64,000 nucleotides of DNA from Minisyncoccia bacterium (GCA_041742965.1 JBGTNQ010000010.1:38079-102078), one strand, 5' to 3'; shown: positions 18,025 through 28,310, numbered from the stretch's first letter. Notes: generated by a model from the letters alone, not told the origin. Made by a program: numbers and translations.

Positions 18025-19727
18025 TGTCACTTTTCCGTATTTTTAGAAGATTCTACCGTTCATCTGATAGGGGTAGGAATGAAATCTATCCAGACGAGAT
18101 TTTTCTTGATGCTCGAAATCTTCCTGACTTCGATACCCACCAATTTGAAGGTAGGATAGAAAGACCAATTTCAAAGACCGTTTTTAAACTTACGGCTTTG
18201 GTATTCATACTTGTTGGAATCATCTTTGGTACGAAGTTGTGGATGCTTCAGGTGAAGATGGGTGAGGCTTATGAGATCAGGAGTCAGAATAATAATTTAA
18301 GACATACAACCATATTTGCTGAGCGTGGGATTATTTATGATAGAAATCAAACTCCACTCGCTTGGAATGAATTAAATCCTGGTGGAGATTTTTCTCTACG
18401 TGGCTATATACCAGATGGTGGGTTTTCTCATGTTTTGGGTTATGTGAAATATCCATCAAAAGATAGGTCTGGTATTTATTATGAAGAGCAGTTTATAGGC
18501 AAAGACGGGGTGGAATCTTATTATAATGATCTGCTTTCTGGTATTAATGGTCTGAAGATAACAGAAACGGATGCTTTAGGTAACGTGCAGTCAGAGAGCG
18601 TGCTTACTCTTCCAAAGGACGGAGAAAATATAACTCTTTCCATTGATGCGGAGGTAACAGCTAAGCTTTTTGAGGCTATGAAAAAGTTTTCAAGAGAAAG
18701 AGGTTTTCTTGGCGGAGCTGGGGTAATAATGGATGTGCACAATGGAGAAATTTTGGCACTTGTGAGTTATCCAGAATATAATAACAAAGTCTTAACTGAC
18801 GGCTCTGATAAAGAGGCCGTATCGCGTGAATTAAATGCCCCGGGCACTCCTTTTTTGGATAGAGTTATCTCTGGCCAATATATACCAGGCTCAATTATGA
18901 AGCCCTTTATCGCCATGGGGGTTCTAGGCGAAGGGGTTATTGATCCAATGAAAAAAATCCAGTCTGTAGGACAAATAAGTATTCCTAACCCATATAATCC
19001 AGAAATGAAAACTATTTTTCGTGACTGGAAAATCCATGGATGGGTGGATTTGAGGCATGCATTGTCCGTTTCTTCTGATGAATATTTTTATACTGTTGGT
19101 GGTGGATACGATGGGCAGAAAGGAATTGGTATAACCAACATAGAAAAATATGTTCGTATGTTTGGCTTCGGTGAACTGACGGGTATAGACTTATTTGGAG
19201 AAAAGGGCGGTGTCATCCCATCTCCAGCTTGGAAGGCTGAAAACTTCGATGGTGATGATTGGCGACTAGGGGATACGTATAACAGCTCTATAGGCCAGTA
19301 TGGGTTTCAGGTGACCCCGCTACAGGCAGTAAGGGCGGTAGCTTCCTTTGCTAATGGCGGAAAGCTGTTTACGCCGACTATAATTAAGTCTAATACAAAA
19401 TATAATGAAGGAGAAAGGATTCCACTTTCTTCTACTCACTTTGATATAGTCCGTGACGGGATGCGACTCGCTGTGACGGAAGGTACTGCTAGAGGTCTAT
19501 CAATGCCAGGAATTTCTGTGGCCGCAAAGACAGGAACAGCAGAATTGGGCGCGTCAAAAGAATTGGTGAACTCATTGGTTATGGGTTACTTTCCATTTGA
19601 AAATCCAAAATATACCTTCACTATTCTTATGGAAAGGGGTCCTTATGCTAACCAGATTGGTGCTACCGCCGTGATGAGAGAGCTCCTAGAGTGGATGTAT
19701 ATCAATACTCCAGAGTATGTGAGGTAG
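17988..19727 (+). CDS. mrdA: Penicillin-binding protein 2 (peptidoglycan D,D-transpeptidase)
   Basis: SIMKPF (SxxK), SSD(E) and KTGTA motifs. N-terminal TM. Start could be 18021. Confidence 0.85.
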   Translation: MDTRTYSSRPKMMSLFRIFRRFYRSSDRGRNEIYPDEIFLDARNLPDFDTHQFEGRIERPISKTVFKLTALVFILVGIIFGTKLWMLQVKMGEAYEIRSQNNNLRHTTIFAERGIIYDRNQTPLAWNELNPGGDFSLRGYIPDGGFSHVLGYVKYPSKDRSGIYYEEQFIGKDGVESYYNDLLSGINGLKITETDALGNVQSESVLTLPKDGENITLSIDAEVTAKLFEAMKKFSRERGFLGGAGVIMDVHNGEILALVSYPEYNNKVLTDGSDKEAVSRELNAPGTPFLDRVISGQYIPGSIMKPFIAMGVLGEGVIDPMKKIQSVGQISIPNPYNPEMKTIFRDWKIHGWVDLRHALSVSSDEYFYTVGGGYDGQKGIGITNIEKYVRMFGFGELTGIDLFGEKGGVIPSPAWKAENFDGDDWRLGDTYNSSIGQYGFQVTPLQAVRAVASFANGGKLFTPTIIKSNTKYNEGERIPLSSTHFDIVRDGMRLAVTEGTARGLSMPGISVAAKTGTAELGASKELVNSLVMGYFPFENPKYTFTILMERGPYANQIGATAVMRELLEWMYINTPEYVR

Positions 19728-19798
19728 TGGCGGATTTTTTCTATCTCTAGTAGCGATTGACTTTTTTCATCTCTCCTATATGATTCTCTAGAATAATT

Positions 19799-20260
19799 AT
19801 GAAAGACGAGCACGAGTATTTGACCCAAGCTAAATACGATGAATTCAAAGAGGAGCTAAATGAGCTCAAGACGGTTCGTCGTAAGGAAGTAGCTGAAAAC
19901 CTTGAATATGCCAAGGCACTAGGTGACCTGTCTGAAAATGCTGAATATCACGAAGCACGCGATACTCAGGCTAATGTTGAGGATCGTATTGCTAAACTTG
20001 AGATGATACTCAAGTCTGCGACCATCGTTTCTTCACACAGTACCAATGTTGTCTCTATAGGCTCTGTTATAACTGTAAAAAAGGGTAGTACTGAACAGTC
20101 TTTTACTATTGTTGGTTCTGAAGAGGCGGATATGAATGAGAACAAAGTTTCTGTAAAGTCACCACTTGGCTCATCTGCTCTTGGAAAAAAGAAAGGTGAA
20201 TCATTTTCATTCGCCACGCCCTCTGGTACAATGGAGTACAAGATAGTGAATATAAAGTAG
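19799..20260 (+). CDS. greA: Transcription elongation factor GreA
   Basis: Coiled-coil N-domain (LGDLSENAEYHEARD) plus FKBP-like C-domain. Confidence 0.9.
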   Translation: MKDEHEYLTQAKYDEFKEELNELKTVRRKEVAENLEYAKALGDLSENAEYHEARDTQANVEDRIAKLEMILKSATIVSSHSTNVVSIGSVITVKKGSTEQSFTIVGSEEADMNENKVSVKSPLGSSALGKKKGESFSFATPSGTMEYKIVNIK

Positions 20261-20342
20261 TTTCTTTCTTTTAACTTTTAAGTATTGTGCGTCCACATCC
20301 TAGGAATTAAAGGCCAAACCTATTCGCTATAAGCTTCATTCA

Positions 20343-21818
20343 ATGGCTTCTCAAGACGAAATAAGACAAATACGCGTTCAAAAGCTCCAACTCTTAAAGG
20401 AAAAGGGAATAGACCCATATCCTATTTCTGCCAAACAAGATTATGAACTAAAAGATGTTTTGGCGAACTTTACCAAGCTCTCAAAGGCAAAAAAGAAATC
20501 ATATTCTTTAGTAGGAAGGGTGATGTCTCTTCGCGCGCAGGGAGGTCTCATATTTTTTCATTTCGATGACGGCACAGGTCGTTTTCAGGCAATGCTTAAG
20601 AAGGGTGAGGGTATTAGTGACGAAGATTTCTCTCTTTTCAGTGACACTGTAGATATAGGAGATTTTGTAGAAGTACAAGGGAGTCTTTTTATAACAAAAA
20701 GACAAGAGAAGACTATCCAAGTTAAATCTTGGAGAATGCTCGCCAAGACACTCAACTCTCTTCCAGAAAAGTGGCATGGTCTTCAAGATATAGAAGAGCG
20801 TTTTCGCAAAAGGTACCTAGATACCTTGATGAATGAGGGGGTGAAGGAACGATTTCTATTGCGCACGAAGCTTGTGACAGAGATTAGGAGAATACTGGAC
20901 GATGCTGGTTATATAGAAGTAGAAACTCCAGCCCTACAACCACTCTATGGTGGTGCTTCTGCAGAACCATTTGTGACCCACCACAACGCGCTAGACACCG
21001 ATCTGTACCTACGTATTTCTGATGAACTTTATTTAAAAAGACTTATGGCCGGCGGGTTCTCAAAGGTCTATGAAATTGCTCGTGACTTTAGAAATGAAGG
21101 CATAGACACAACTCACAATCCAGAATTTACGATGTTGGAGTTTTATGAAGCATATAGCGATGCGCCTCGACAGATGACTTTTGTTGAGAAGATGTTTAAG
21201 TCTCTGGTAAAAATACTTTTCAAAAAAACCACCATTAATTGGGGAGAAGAAGTGATAGATTTAAAACCAAAATTTAAAGTAGTGTCTTTCTACGAGCTTT
21301 TGCGTCAGTACGCTCTTATACCAAATCCAGAATCTATATCTCAAAAAGAGGCGACCATTATTGCCGAGAGACTTGGAGTCAAGACTAATCCAGGAGATAG
21401 CTCGGAGAAAGTTTTAGACAGTATATACAAGAAGGCAGTAAGGCCTAAGCTCATCCAGCCGACATTTATTATTGATTATCCAGCAAACTATCTTCCTCTA
21501 GCAAAGAAAAAAGCAAACGATTCAGATATCGTGGATGCTTTTCAGTTGGTGATGGGGGGAGTAGAGCTGGTGAAAGCATTTTCAGAATTAAACGACCCGA
21601 TTGACCAGAGAGAAAGATTTGAAAACCAAGAAAAGAAACTAGGTGCAGGCGAAGCTGATGCACAGAGAATTGACGAAGATTTTATAGAAGCGATGGAGTA
21701 TGGTATTCCGCCCGCTGGTGGGGTTGGTATCGGTATAGATCGATTAACTATGCTTCTCACCAATACTTCTAACATAAAGGAAGTGATTTTGTTCCCAACC
21801 TTAAGGCCTAAAAACTAG
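20343..21818 (+). CDS. lysS: Lysine--tRNA ligase (class II)
   Basis: OB anticodon-binding domain, FRNEGIDTTHNPEFTMLEFYEAY and motif 3. Confidence 0.9.
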   Translation: MASQDEIRQIRVQKLQLLKEKGIDPYPISAKQDYELKDVLANFTKLSKAKKKSYSLVGRVMSLRAQGGLIFFHFDDGTGRFQAMLKKGEGISDEDFSLFSDTVDIGDFVEVQGSLFITKRQEKTIQVKSWRMLAKTLNSLPEKWHGLQDIEERFRKRYLDTLMNEGVKERFLLRTKLVTEIRRILDDAGYIEVETPALQPLYGGASAEPFVTHHNALDTDLYLRISDELYLKRLMAGGFSKVYEIARDFRNEGIDTTHNPEFTMLEFYEAYSDAPRQMTFVEKMFKSLVKILFKKTTINWGEEVIDLKPKFKVVSFYELLRQYALIPNPESISQKEATIIAERLGVKTNPGDSSEKVLDSIYKKAVRPKLIQPTFIIDYPANYLPLAKKKANDSDIVDAFQLVMGGVELVKAFSELNDPIDQRERFENQEKKLGAGEADAQRIDEDFIEAMEYGIPPAGGVGIGIDRLTMLLTNTSNIKEVILFPTLRPKN

Positions 21819-21890
21819 ATGGTCTTCTGTTTGTCACAGAAATATTTTTAATATAGTATTGCTGTGGAAACTCAAAACCCAGGGGGATCG

Positions 21891-22121
21891 ATGGGTAGCG
21901 ATAGCTGTTTTTCTTGCATTAGGTGTGGGGCCAGAACCCCCAAGCCCAATTCTCTGCGGTGTGTCGTATGTGAACCAAAGGCGCCTGAAATTCGGGACGG
22001 GGTGGACGGCCGGATCGCACAGTGTCCCAATTGTAGGCACGCAGTGTCTACAGATACATGCCTAATTTGTGGATACAACTCCAGCACCTATGATATGGAG
22101 AACGATCGGATAGGGAGTTGA
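21891..22121 (+). CDS. Hypothetical double zinc-ribbon protein (76 aa), GC-rich cassette-type gene
   Basis: Four CxxC pairs (CFSCIRC, CVVC, CPNC, CLIC). AGGGGGA ribosome-binding site 4 nt before ATG 21891. Terminator at 22144-22166. A half copy of the TGGAAACTCA palindrome core at 21866-21875. Confidence 0.45.
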   Translation: MGSDSCFSCIRCGARTPKPNSLRCVVCEPKAPEIRDGVDGRIAQCPNCRHAVSTDTCLICGYNSSTYDMENDRIGS

Positions 22122-22143
22122 TGCGGTCCTATCTCAAAGTGTG

Positions 22144-22166
22144 CGCCACACCTAAACAGTGTGGCG
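22144..22166 (+). terminator. Rho-independent terminator (cgccacac/gtgtggcg, T-run)
   Basis: Stem-loop followed by tttttgttttt. Confidence 0.6.
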
Positions 22167-22369
22167 TTTTTGTTTTTATAATTTTTCGCAAAAATATTAT
22201 TTCTAGTCAATTTTATTAATAAAAAGGTGAACTAAAGTACACCAAAAAAGTGGATAAAAAGTAACAGTAAGTGGGAAGAAGTGTTTTATACTTTATATCA
22301 AGTGGGAAGTAGTGGGAAAGAGGAAACGACACCTTCTTTCTTCGCGCACACTTATAGCAAAAAAGATTT

Positions 22370-22804
22370 ATGTTTATCGGAGAATACACACACACCGTTG
22401 ATGATAAAAAAAGAATCTCGCTTCCTTCGAAGTTTCGAAAGGAGGTTGGAAAAAAAATTATTATCACTCGTGGTCTTGATTCGTGTCTTCTCATCTATCC
22501 TCTCAAAGCGTGGGAGGGGATGGCAGAAAAACTAGGTCAACTTCCCATGGGTCAGAAGGACAAAAGAGACATCGGTCGCTTTATGCTCTCAGGAGCTGTG
22601 GAGGTCGAGGTCGATTCTATCGGGCGCATTCTTGTTCCAGACTTTTTGCGAGAATATGCAGAACTCAAAAGCAAAGTAGTCTTTGCTGGGGTATATAACC
22701 GCATTGAAATATGGAACGACAAAGAATGGTCTGACTACAGCAAACGCATTGAAAAACAAGCGGATGCAGTAGCAGAGAAGCTCGGTGATATTGGAGTCTT
22801 CTAG
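22370..22804 (+). CDS. mraZ: Transcriptional regulator MraZ
   Basis: Duplicated MraZ domain. First gene of the dcw cluster. Confidence 0.9.
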   Translation: MFIGEYTHTVDDKKRISLPSKFRKEVGKKIIITRGLDSCLLIYPLKAWEGMAEKLGQLPMGQKDKRDIGRFMLSGAVEVEVDSIGRILVPDFLREYAELKSKVVFAGVYNRIEIWNDKEWSDYSKRIEKQADAVAEKLGDIGVF

Positions 22805-22814
22805 TCAATGTGCC

Positions 22815-23702
22815 ATGCACATTTCTGTTCTTTTAAAAGAAGCAATAGAGGGTTTGGAGATTAAGGATGGAGACATCATAGTCGACGGAACCTTAGGCAA
22901 TGGGGGACATAGCGAGGCGATTTTATCTCTTGAAAAAGATGTTCAAATTCTCGCTATTGATCTTGACGAAGAAGCAATTCTTAGAAGTAAAAAAAGATTA
23001 GCTAGGTTCGGGGACAAAGTGACTTTCGTACACGACAGTTTCAAAAACATAGGAGATATTTTGGAGAAACAAAATATCAAAAATGTTTCAAAAATACTTC
23101 TTGATTTTGGACTTTCTTCAAATCAGATTGAAGAGTCAGGAAGAGGTTTTAGTTTTCTTCGTGACGAGCCACTTGTCATGACTTTTCGAAAAGTAAATGA
23201 AGAGTCAAACCTCACTGCAAAAGATGTGGTTAACGAATGGCAAGAGGATTCGCTAAGAGAGATTATCCGTGGATTTGGTGAAGAGCGTTTTGCTCACCGT
23301 ATCGCACGGGGTATCGTCGAAGCCAGAAAATTCAAAACCATCGAGACTACCAGCGAACTAGTAGAGATCATTCTTTCTACGACACCGGGATTTTATCACC
23401 GAGGAAGAATACATCCAGCCACTCGCACTTTCCAAGCCCTGCGTATTGCTGTAAATGACGAGTTGAGGACTATAGAAGAAGGTCTTTCACGGGGTTTTGA
23501 AGCCCTATCTCCTTCGGGAAGGATTGCTGCCATATCCTTTCACAGTCTGGAAGACCGTATAGTAAAACACCTCTTTCGCACTTTGGCCCAAGAAGGGCAA
23601 GGAACCGTCATTACAAAAAGACCCATTACTCCGAGCGAGACAGAGTTGAAAGACAACCCTCGCTCTCGCAGTGCCAAGCTTAGAATTATTCAGAAAAATT
23701 AA
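22815..23702 (+). CDS. rsmH: 16S rRNA (cytosine1402-N4)-methyltransferase RsmH (MraW)
   Basis: MHISVLLKEA..., DGTLGNGGHS SAM motif. Follows mraZ. Confidence 0.85.
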   Translation: MHISVLLKEAIEGLEIKDGDIIVDGTLGNGGHSEAILSLEKDVQILAIDLDEEAILRSKKRLARFGDKVTFVHDSFKNIGDILEKQNIKNVSKILLDFGLSSNQIEESGRGFSFLRDEPLVMTFRKVNEESNLTAKDVVNEWQEDSLREIIRGFGEERFAHRIARGIVEARKFKTIETTSELVEIILSTTPGFYHRGRIHPATRTFQALRIAVNDELRTIEEGLSRGFEALSPSGRIAAISFHSLEDRIVKHLFRTLAQEGQGTVITKRPITPSETELKDNPRSRSAKLRIIQKN

Positions 23703-23720
23703 TTTATAAAAATATACGCC

Positions 23721-24038
23721 ATGAGAACTAAAGTCCTGAACGCACAACAATACAAATATATGTTCTTTCTTTTGTTGGCTGCTTCCGTCCTATCTTTGGC
23801 CGTATATGTTTATGCTGTAAATCAGACTGTTAGGAATATTGTAGCTCGTCAAAATATGGAGACAGAGCTTATGGAATTGACCGCCCTAATTGGTGAAAAG
23901 GAATTTAAATACATATCTCAGAAGAATGAGATTGATCTAGACACTGCTTTGTCTATGGGTTTTAGACCTGTAGAAACAAGGATTTTTGTTTCTAGACAAT
24001 CTTCAGTTGCGTTGGCAAACGGACAGTCAGGTCAATAA
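23721..24038 (+). CDS. ftsL: Cell division protein FtsL-like (TM plus coiled coil)
   Basis: 105-aa bitopic protein between rsmH and ftsI. Confidence 0.55.
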   Translation: MRTKVLNAQQYKYMFFLLLAASVLSLAVYVYAVNQTVRNIVARQNMETELMELTALIGEKEFKYISQKNEIDLDTALSMGFRPVETRIFVSRQSSVALANGQSGQ

Positions 24039-24053
24039 TGTTATAGTTTCTCT

Positions 24054-25763
24054 ATGAAGTCAGAATCTTCCTTCAGGATAAGACTCCTTTCTTTTTTTAT
24101 ATTTTGTTTCGCTCTTTTTTTGGTGGTGAGGCTTTATGATTTACAGATAGTTTCTGCCGAAGTATATGCCAACAAAGCTGACCGACAGTATTTGCAATCA
24201 ACCTATCATTATTATGATAGAGGATCTATTTTCTTTCAGACAAAAGACGGTGAACCTGTATCAGCGGGTACACTAAAGACGGGCCTTATTGTGGCCGTGA
24301 ATCCTCAGGTAATTTCTAATCCAGAGCAGGTCTTTCAATCATTGAGCTCTGTCTTAGAACTTGATCGTGAAGATTTTTTTGTGAAAGCCACAAAGCCAAA
24401 TGATCCGTATGAAGAGATTGCTCGAAGGGTGCCTTTGGATAAAGCGGAGGTGATTGATGCTTTAAAAATTCCTGGGGTTGGTGTTTATAGAGAGAGATGG
24501 AGGTTTTATCCAGGGAACAATATGGCAGCACAGACAATCGGCTTCGTGGCTTATGATGAAGAAAATGAATTGGCTGGTAGATATGGACTCGAGCGATATT
24601 ATGATGGGGTCTTAAATAGAAACAATGACAGTGTTTATGTAAATTTTTTTGCTGAAATTTTCTCCAACATATCACAGACTCTCTCTGGTGACTTAGACAG
24701 AGAAGGGGATGTTATCACCTTCATAGAGCCCTCTGTTCAAGGTTTCTTAGAGCAGTCTCTTTTTAAAATGCATGAATCTTGGGATTCTGAATTTACTGGA
24801 GGGATAATAATGGACCCAATGACCGGTGCTATAGTGGCCATGGGCCTGGTGCCGTCTTTTGACCCAAATGATTTTAAAAACGAAGATGTATCAATTTTTT
24901 CTCACGACTTAGTGGAGAAAGTCTATGAGATGGGTTCTATCATAAAACCTCTCACTGTCGCCGCTGGTATTGATGCGGGGGCCATAACTCCGCAATCTAC
25001 ATATTATGATGCTGGTTTTATGACTCTCAATAACAAGACTTTTTCGAACTTTGATGGTAAGGCACGCGGACTAGTATCTATGCAAGAGGTTTTGAGTCAG
25101 TCATTGAATACTGGCGTAGCACATATTGTGCAACAAATGGGAAAGAAAAATTTTGCTGAATATATGTTTAATTTTGGCTTAGGGCAGGAGACCGGGATTG
25201 ATCTTCCAAATGAGACACATGGTTTGGTAGAAAACTTGAAAAGTCCTAGAGACATTGAATATGCCACCGCCTCATTCGGACAAGGTATTGCCCTCACTCC
25301 GATTCAAACCGTGAGAGCGCTGGCCGTGCTTGGGAATGGTGGCAAACTTATTAACCCGCATATTGCAGATCGTATTACCTATAAGACTTTGGGTTCAAAG
25401 AAAATAACTCCAGGTATTGATGTGCAAGTCTTAAAGAAAGAGACTTCTGAGGAGATTTCTAGAATGCTCGTGAAGGTGGTGGACGAAGCTCTTTTGGGGG
25501 GTACGGTTAAAATGGATAGGTTTAGTATTGCCGCGAAAACCGGTACTGCACAAATACCAAATCCAAGAGCTGGAGGCTATTATGATGATAGATTTTTACA
25601 TTCATTTTTTGGTTATTTTCCAGCCTTTAACCCCCGTTTTATTGTATTTTTATACTCAGTTAATCCAAGAGGGGCTAGATATGCGTCAGAGACACTCACG
25701 CATCCTTTCATGGATATTACGAAATTTCTGATAAACTATTATCAGATACCGCCGGATAGATAA
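24054..25763 (+). CDS. ftsI: Peptidoglycan D,D-transpeptidase FtsI (PBP3)
   Basis: N-terminal TM, SIIKPL (SxxK), SQS(LN) and KTGTAQ motifs. Confidence 0.85.
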   Translation: MKSESSFRIRLLSFFIFCFALFLVVRLYDLQIVSAEVYANKADRQYLQSTYHYYDRGSIFFQTKDGEPVSAGTLKTGLIVAVNPQVISNPEQVFQSLSSVLELDREDFFVKATKPNDPYEEIARRVPLDKAEVIDALKIPGVGVYRERWRFYPGNNMAAQTIGFVAYDEENELAGRYGLERYYDGVLNRNNDSVYVNFFAEIFSNISQTLSGDLDREGDVITFIEPSVQGFLEQSLFKMHESWDSEFTGGIIMDPMTGAIVAMGLVPSFDPNDFKNEDVSIFSHDLVEKVYEMGSIIKPLTVAAGIDAGAITPQSTYYDAGFMTLNNKTFSNFDGKARGLVSMQEVLSQSLNTGVAHIVQQMGKKNFAEYMFNFGLGQETGIDLPNETHGLVENLKSPRDIEYATASFGQGIALTPIQTVRALAVLGNGGKLINPHIADRITYKTLGSKKITPGIDVQVLKKETSEEISRMLVKVVDEALLGGTVKMDRFSIAAKTGTAQIPNPRAGGYYDDRFLHSFFGYFPAFNPRFIVFLYSVNPRGARYASETLTHPFMDITKFLINYYQIPPDR

Positions 25764-25845
25764 GGGGTGGGGAAGCTGTTAGCTTATAGCTGTTAGGGGG
25801 AAAATAAGGAAAACGAAAGAAGAATGGGGAATAAATAAATAAAAA
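25764..25845. repeat. ~80-bp intergenic composite element, copy 1 (AGCTGTTAGCTTATAGCT palindromic core plus purine-rich tail)
   Basis: ggggaagctgttagcttatagctgttagggggaaaataaggaaaacgaaagaagaatggggaataaa. Near-identical copy at 27156-27240. Confidence 0.6.
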
Positions 25846-25850
25846 TAGGA

Positions 25851-27155
25851 ATGAAAACAATATTGAAGAAAATCGTTGTCTCCATACTGACTTGGGAGGC
25901 AAAGCTCGTATTAAAGAAATACAAACCCAAGATTATTGCAATCACAGGAAGTGTGGGAAAGACTTCTTCAAAAGATGTTATTTTTTCAGTTTTGTCACAC
26001 TTCTTTTTTGTCCGTAAAAGTGAAAAAAGTTTTAATAGTGAGATAGGTGTACCTCTGACAATACTTGGTTGTCCAAATGGCTGGAATGACCCACTCATCT
26101 GGCTCAAGAATATTTTTGAGGGGCTAGCTTTGATCATTGTGCCAAACAAATATCCAAAATGGCTCGTATTGGAAGTTGGAGCAGATGCTCCAGGAGACAT
26201 CGCCTCTATTACTAGTTGGATTAAGCCAGATATCGCTGTAGTCACTAGACTTTCAAAGGTGCCTGTTCATGTTGAATTTTTCCCTTCTCCTGAGAGTTTA
26301 TTTCAAGAGAAGGGCTATCTGGTTTCTGCGTTGAAGAGGGATGGGGTTTTGATATTAAATGCAGATGATGAGGATGTATTAGCATTCAGCTCTTTATCAG
26401 AAGGTAGTAAAACTATTTTGTTTGGTATGGGCTCTGAAGCGGATGTTTTGGGTTCAAAGTACGAGATTACTTATGAGAATCACGACGGTAAGAAAGAGCC
26501 TGTGGGAATTAATTTTGATATAGAATATTCTGGTTTGGTAGAAAAAGCAGAAATTCGCGGGGGTTTGGGCATTCAGCAGGTTTATCCGGCACTATCTGCT
26601 GTGGCTGTTGCCATGTCGCTAGAATTGCCTTTTGACAAGGTGGTGGCGAGCGTAAAGACACATTTACCGTCTCGTGGCAGGATGAGGATTTTGAGGGGCA
26701 TTAAGAATAGCTTGATTATTGATGATTCTTACAATTCCTCACCTGTGGCTCTTTTTGAGGCATTAAATACACTCAAACACATAAATGTTTCTGGTCGTAG
26801 GATTGCTGTGGTTGGGGATATGTTGGAGCTCGGTACATATTCAAGTGATGAGCACAAAAAAGCAGGAGCACAGGTGGGGGAATTCGCAGATCTTTTGTTT
26901 ACTGTTGGAATACGCGCCAGAGGAGTCGCGGAGGGCGCTTTGAATGCAGGTATGGATGAGTCAAAGATATTTCAATACGAAGACTCTCGTGAAGCGGGCA
27001 AGGATTTAGAAATTATGATAAAGGAAGGAGATACGATACTAGTGAAAGGTTCTCAAGGTGTGCGAATGGAAAAAGTAGTTGAGGAGATTTTGGCCACACC
27101 TTTGCAGAAGGACAAACTTTTAGTGAGACAAGACGCGGAGTGGAAGCGAAGATAG
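25851..27155 (+). CDS. murF: UDP-N-acetylmuramoyl-tripeptide--D-alanyl-D-alanine ligase
   Basis: Mur ligase P-loop ITGSVGKTS and MurF-type IDDSYNSSP motif. Follows ftsI. Confidence 0.75.
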   Translation: MKTILKKIVVSILTWEAKLVLKKYKPKIIAITGSVGKTSSKDVIFSVLSHFFFVRKSEKSFNSEIGVPLTILGCPNGWNDPLIWLKNIFEGLALIIVPNKYPKWLVLEVGADAPGDIASITSWIKPDIAVVTRLSKVPVHVEFFPSPESLFQEKGYLVSALKRDGVLILNADDEDVLAFSSLSEGSKTILFGMGSEADVLGSKYEITYENHDGKKEPVGINFDIEYSGLVEKAEIRGGLGIQQVYPALSAVAVAMSLELPFDKVVASVKTHLPSRGRMRILRGIKNSLIIDDSYNSSPVALFEALNTLKHINVSGRRIAVVGDMLELGTYSSDEHKKAGAQVGEFADLLFTVGIRARGVAEGALNAGMDESKIFQYEDSREAGKDLEIMIKEGDTILVKGSQGVRMEKVVEEILATPLQKDKLLVRQDAEWKRR

Positions 27156-27240
27156 GGGGCAGGGAAGCTGTTAGCTTATAGCTTAGGGGGAAAAGAAGAA
27201 AAACGAAAGAAGAAAGAAGAATGGGGAATAAAAACCCTTT
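27156..27240. repeat. ~80-bp intergenic composite element, copy 2
   Basis: gggcagggaagctgttagcttatagcttagggggaaaagaagaaaaacgaaagaagaaagaagaatggggaataaaaaccc. Confidence 0.6.
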
Positions 27241-27246
27241 GCAAAA

Positions 27247-27279
27247 CCTCCACTTGGAAACCGAGTTTCCAAGTGGGGG
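27247..27279. repeat. Palindromic hairpin element, copy A (core cacttggaaa-ccgag-tttccaagtg)
   Basis: 14-bp arms with a 5-nt centre, 44 nt upstream of tRNA-Glu. Same core as copies at 28626 and 31323. Confidence 0.65.
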
Positions 27280-27322
27280 AAGCTTGAAGCTCGAAGCTAA
27301 AAGCTGTAAGCTTCTTGTTTAA

Positions 27323-27394
27323 GGCCTCATCGTCTATCGGTTAGGACACAGCCTTCTCAAGGCTGGAAGCGGGGTTCGATTCCCCGTGAGGTCA
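27323..27394 (+). tRNA. tRNA-Glu (anticodon CUC)
   Basis: Acceptor GGCCTCA/TGAGGTC, anticodon stem CAGCC/GGCTG with loop TTCTCAA, T-arm CGGGG-TTCGATT-CCCCG. Confidence 0.8.
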
Positions 27395-27540
27395 TGGTAA
27401 CAAAAAACTCCGTCTTGTGTGGGGTTTTTGTTTTTTATATCTTTACATAGGGTGACTCTATGTAATTGGTAATTTGACATTTAAATCAAATTGTTATAAA
27501 AAGTAAGGAGAAATGTACTAAAACAAGAGAGGAATCAATA

Positions 27541-27900
27541 ATGTCAACGAAAAACCACAGATTAGGCGGTAAGTTTGGAGGATCTCACACTACAGTGATT
27601 CCCGTGGCTGGTTTAGTGTCTGACATTGCTGTTAGCCTGCCAGAAGTAAATAAGGTCGTCCTTGGATTTATCAAGGCCGGCTTGTCGTCAGTTGGTGGTC
27701 AACGAAGGGTTAAAATTACTCGTCGAGACGGCAATATTTTTCTCGCAATTCGCGATAATACCTCTCACCAAGAGATCACTGTGTATACAAGTGACCTCCA
27801 GAGGACTGCGCTGTCGATAGCAAGAAGTGCACGAAGTATTGGTCTCCATGTATCCTTCGGTGAAAGTGGCTCCACACCGCGCGCTGTTCAACACTCATAA
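27541..27900 (+). CDS. Hypothetical protein (119 aa), GC-rich island gene
   Basis: GAGG ribosome-binding site upstream. High GC. First gene downstream of tRNA-Glu. Confidence 0.45.
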   Translation: MSTKNHRLGGKFGGSHTTVIPVAGLVSDIAVSLPEVNKVVLGFIKAGLSSVGGQRRVKITRRDGNIFLAIRDNTSHQEITVYTSDLQRTALSIARSARSIGLHVSFGESGSTPRAVQHS

Positions 27901-27918
27901 CCTAAGGGAGAAGAAAAA

Positions 27919-28254
27919 GTGTCAAAGACCAGAAAAGGCAAGCCTGCTCGCTCTCGGTTCTACTTCTTGTTTCCTCGGGATGAGGAGACTGAGGTCCGTT
28001 TTGTTGAGATGGGGTTTCGGCCCCACCAGAAGCTCCGAAGGTATGGTGCGAGGGTGACGGAAGTCATCGTCTACCAGAGCAAGGAAATGCTCTCTTTGTC
28101 GGAGATGGTGGCTCTCAAAAAGAGTCCGCACCTCAATTTCTTGGTTTTGACATGTCTTCGGGGAGATTTTGCCCTAGAGTATGTCAAGCCGAGGCGTCTG
28201 GAGTCGCCGTATCTTGGCAGAGTCAAGATGAGGGTGACCTTCGTTTCGGTCTAG
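27919..28254 (+). CDS. Hypothetical protein (111 aa, GTG start), GC-rich island gene
   Basis: AAGGGAG 8 nt before GTG. Strong terminator 28271-28310 after the stop. Confidence 0.45.
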   Translation: MSKTRKGKPARSRFYFLFPRDEETEVRFVEMGFRPHQKLRRYGARVTEVIVYQSKEMLSLSEMVALKKSPHLNFLVLTCLRGDFALEYVKPRRLESPYLGRVKMRVTFVSV

Positions 28255-28270
28255 TCTTCGAGGGAACAGG

Positions 28271-28310
28271 ATCACCCAGACCGCCAAAGGCGGTCTGGGT
28301 GATTTTTCTT
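28271..28310 (+). terminator. Rho-independent terminator (15-bp stem atcacccagaccgcc/ggcggtctgggtgat)
   Basis: Perfect stem with an aaa loop, then ttttctt. Confidence 0.7.
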
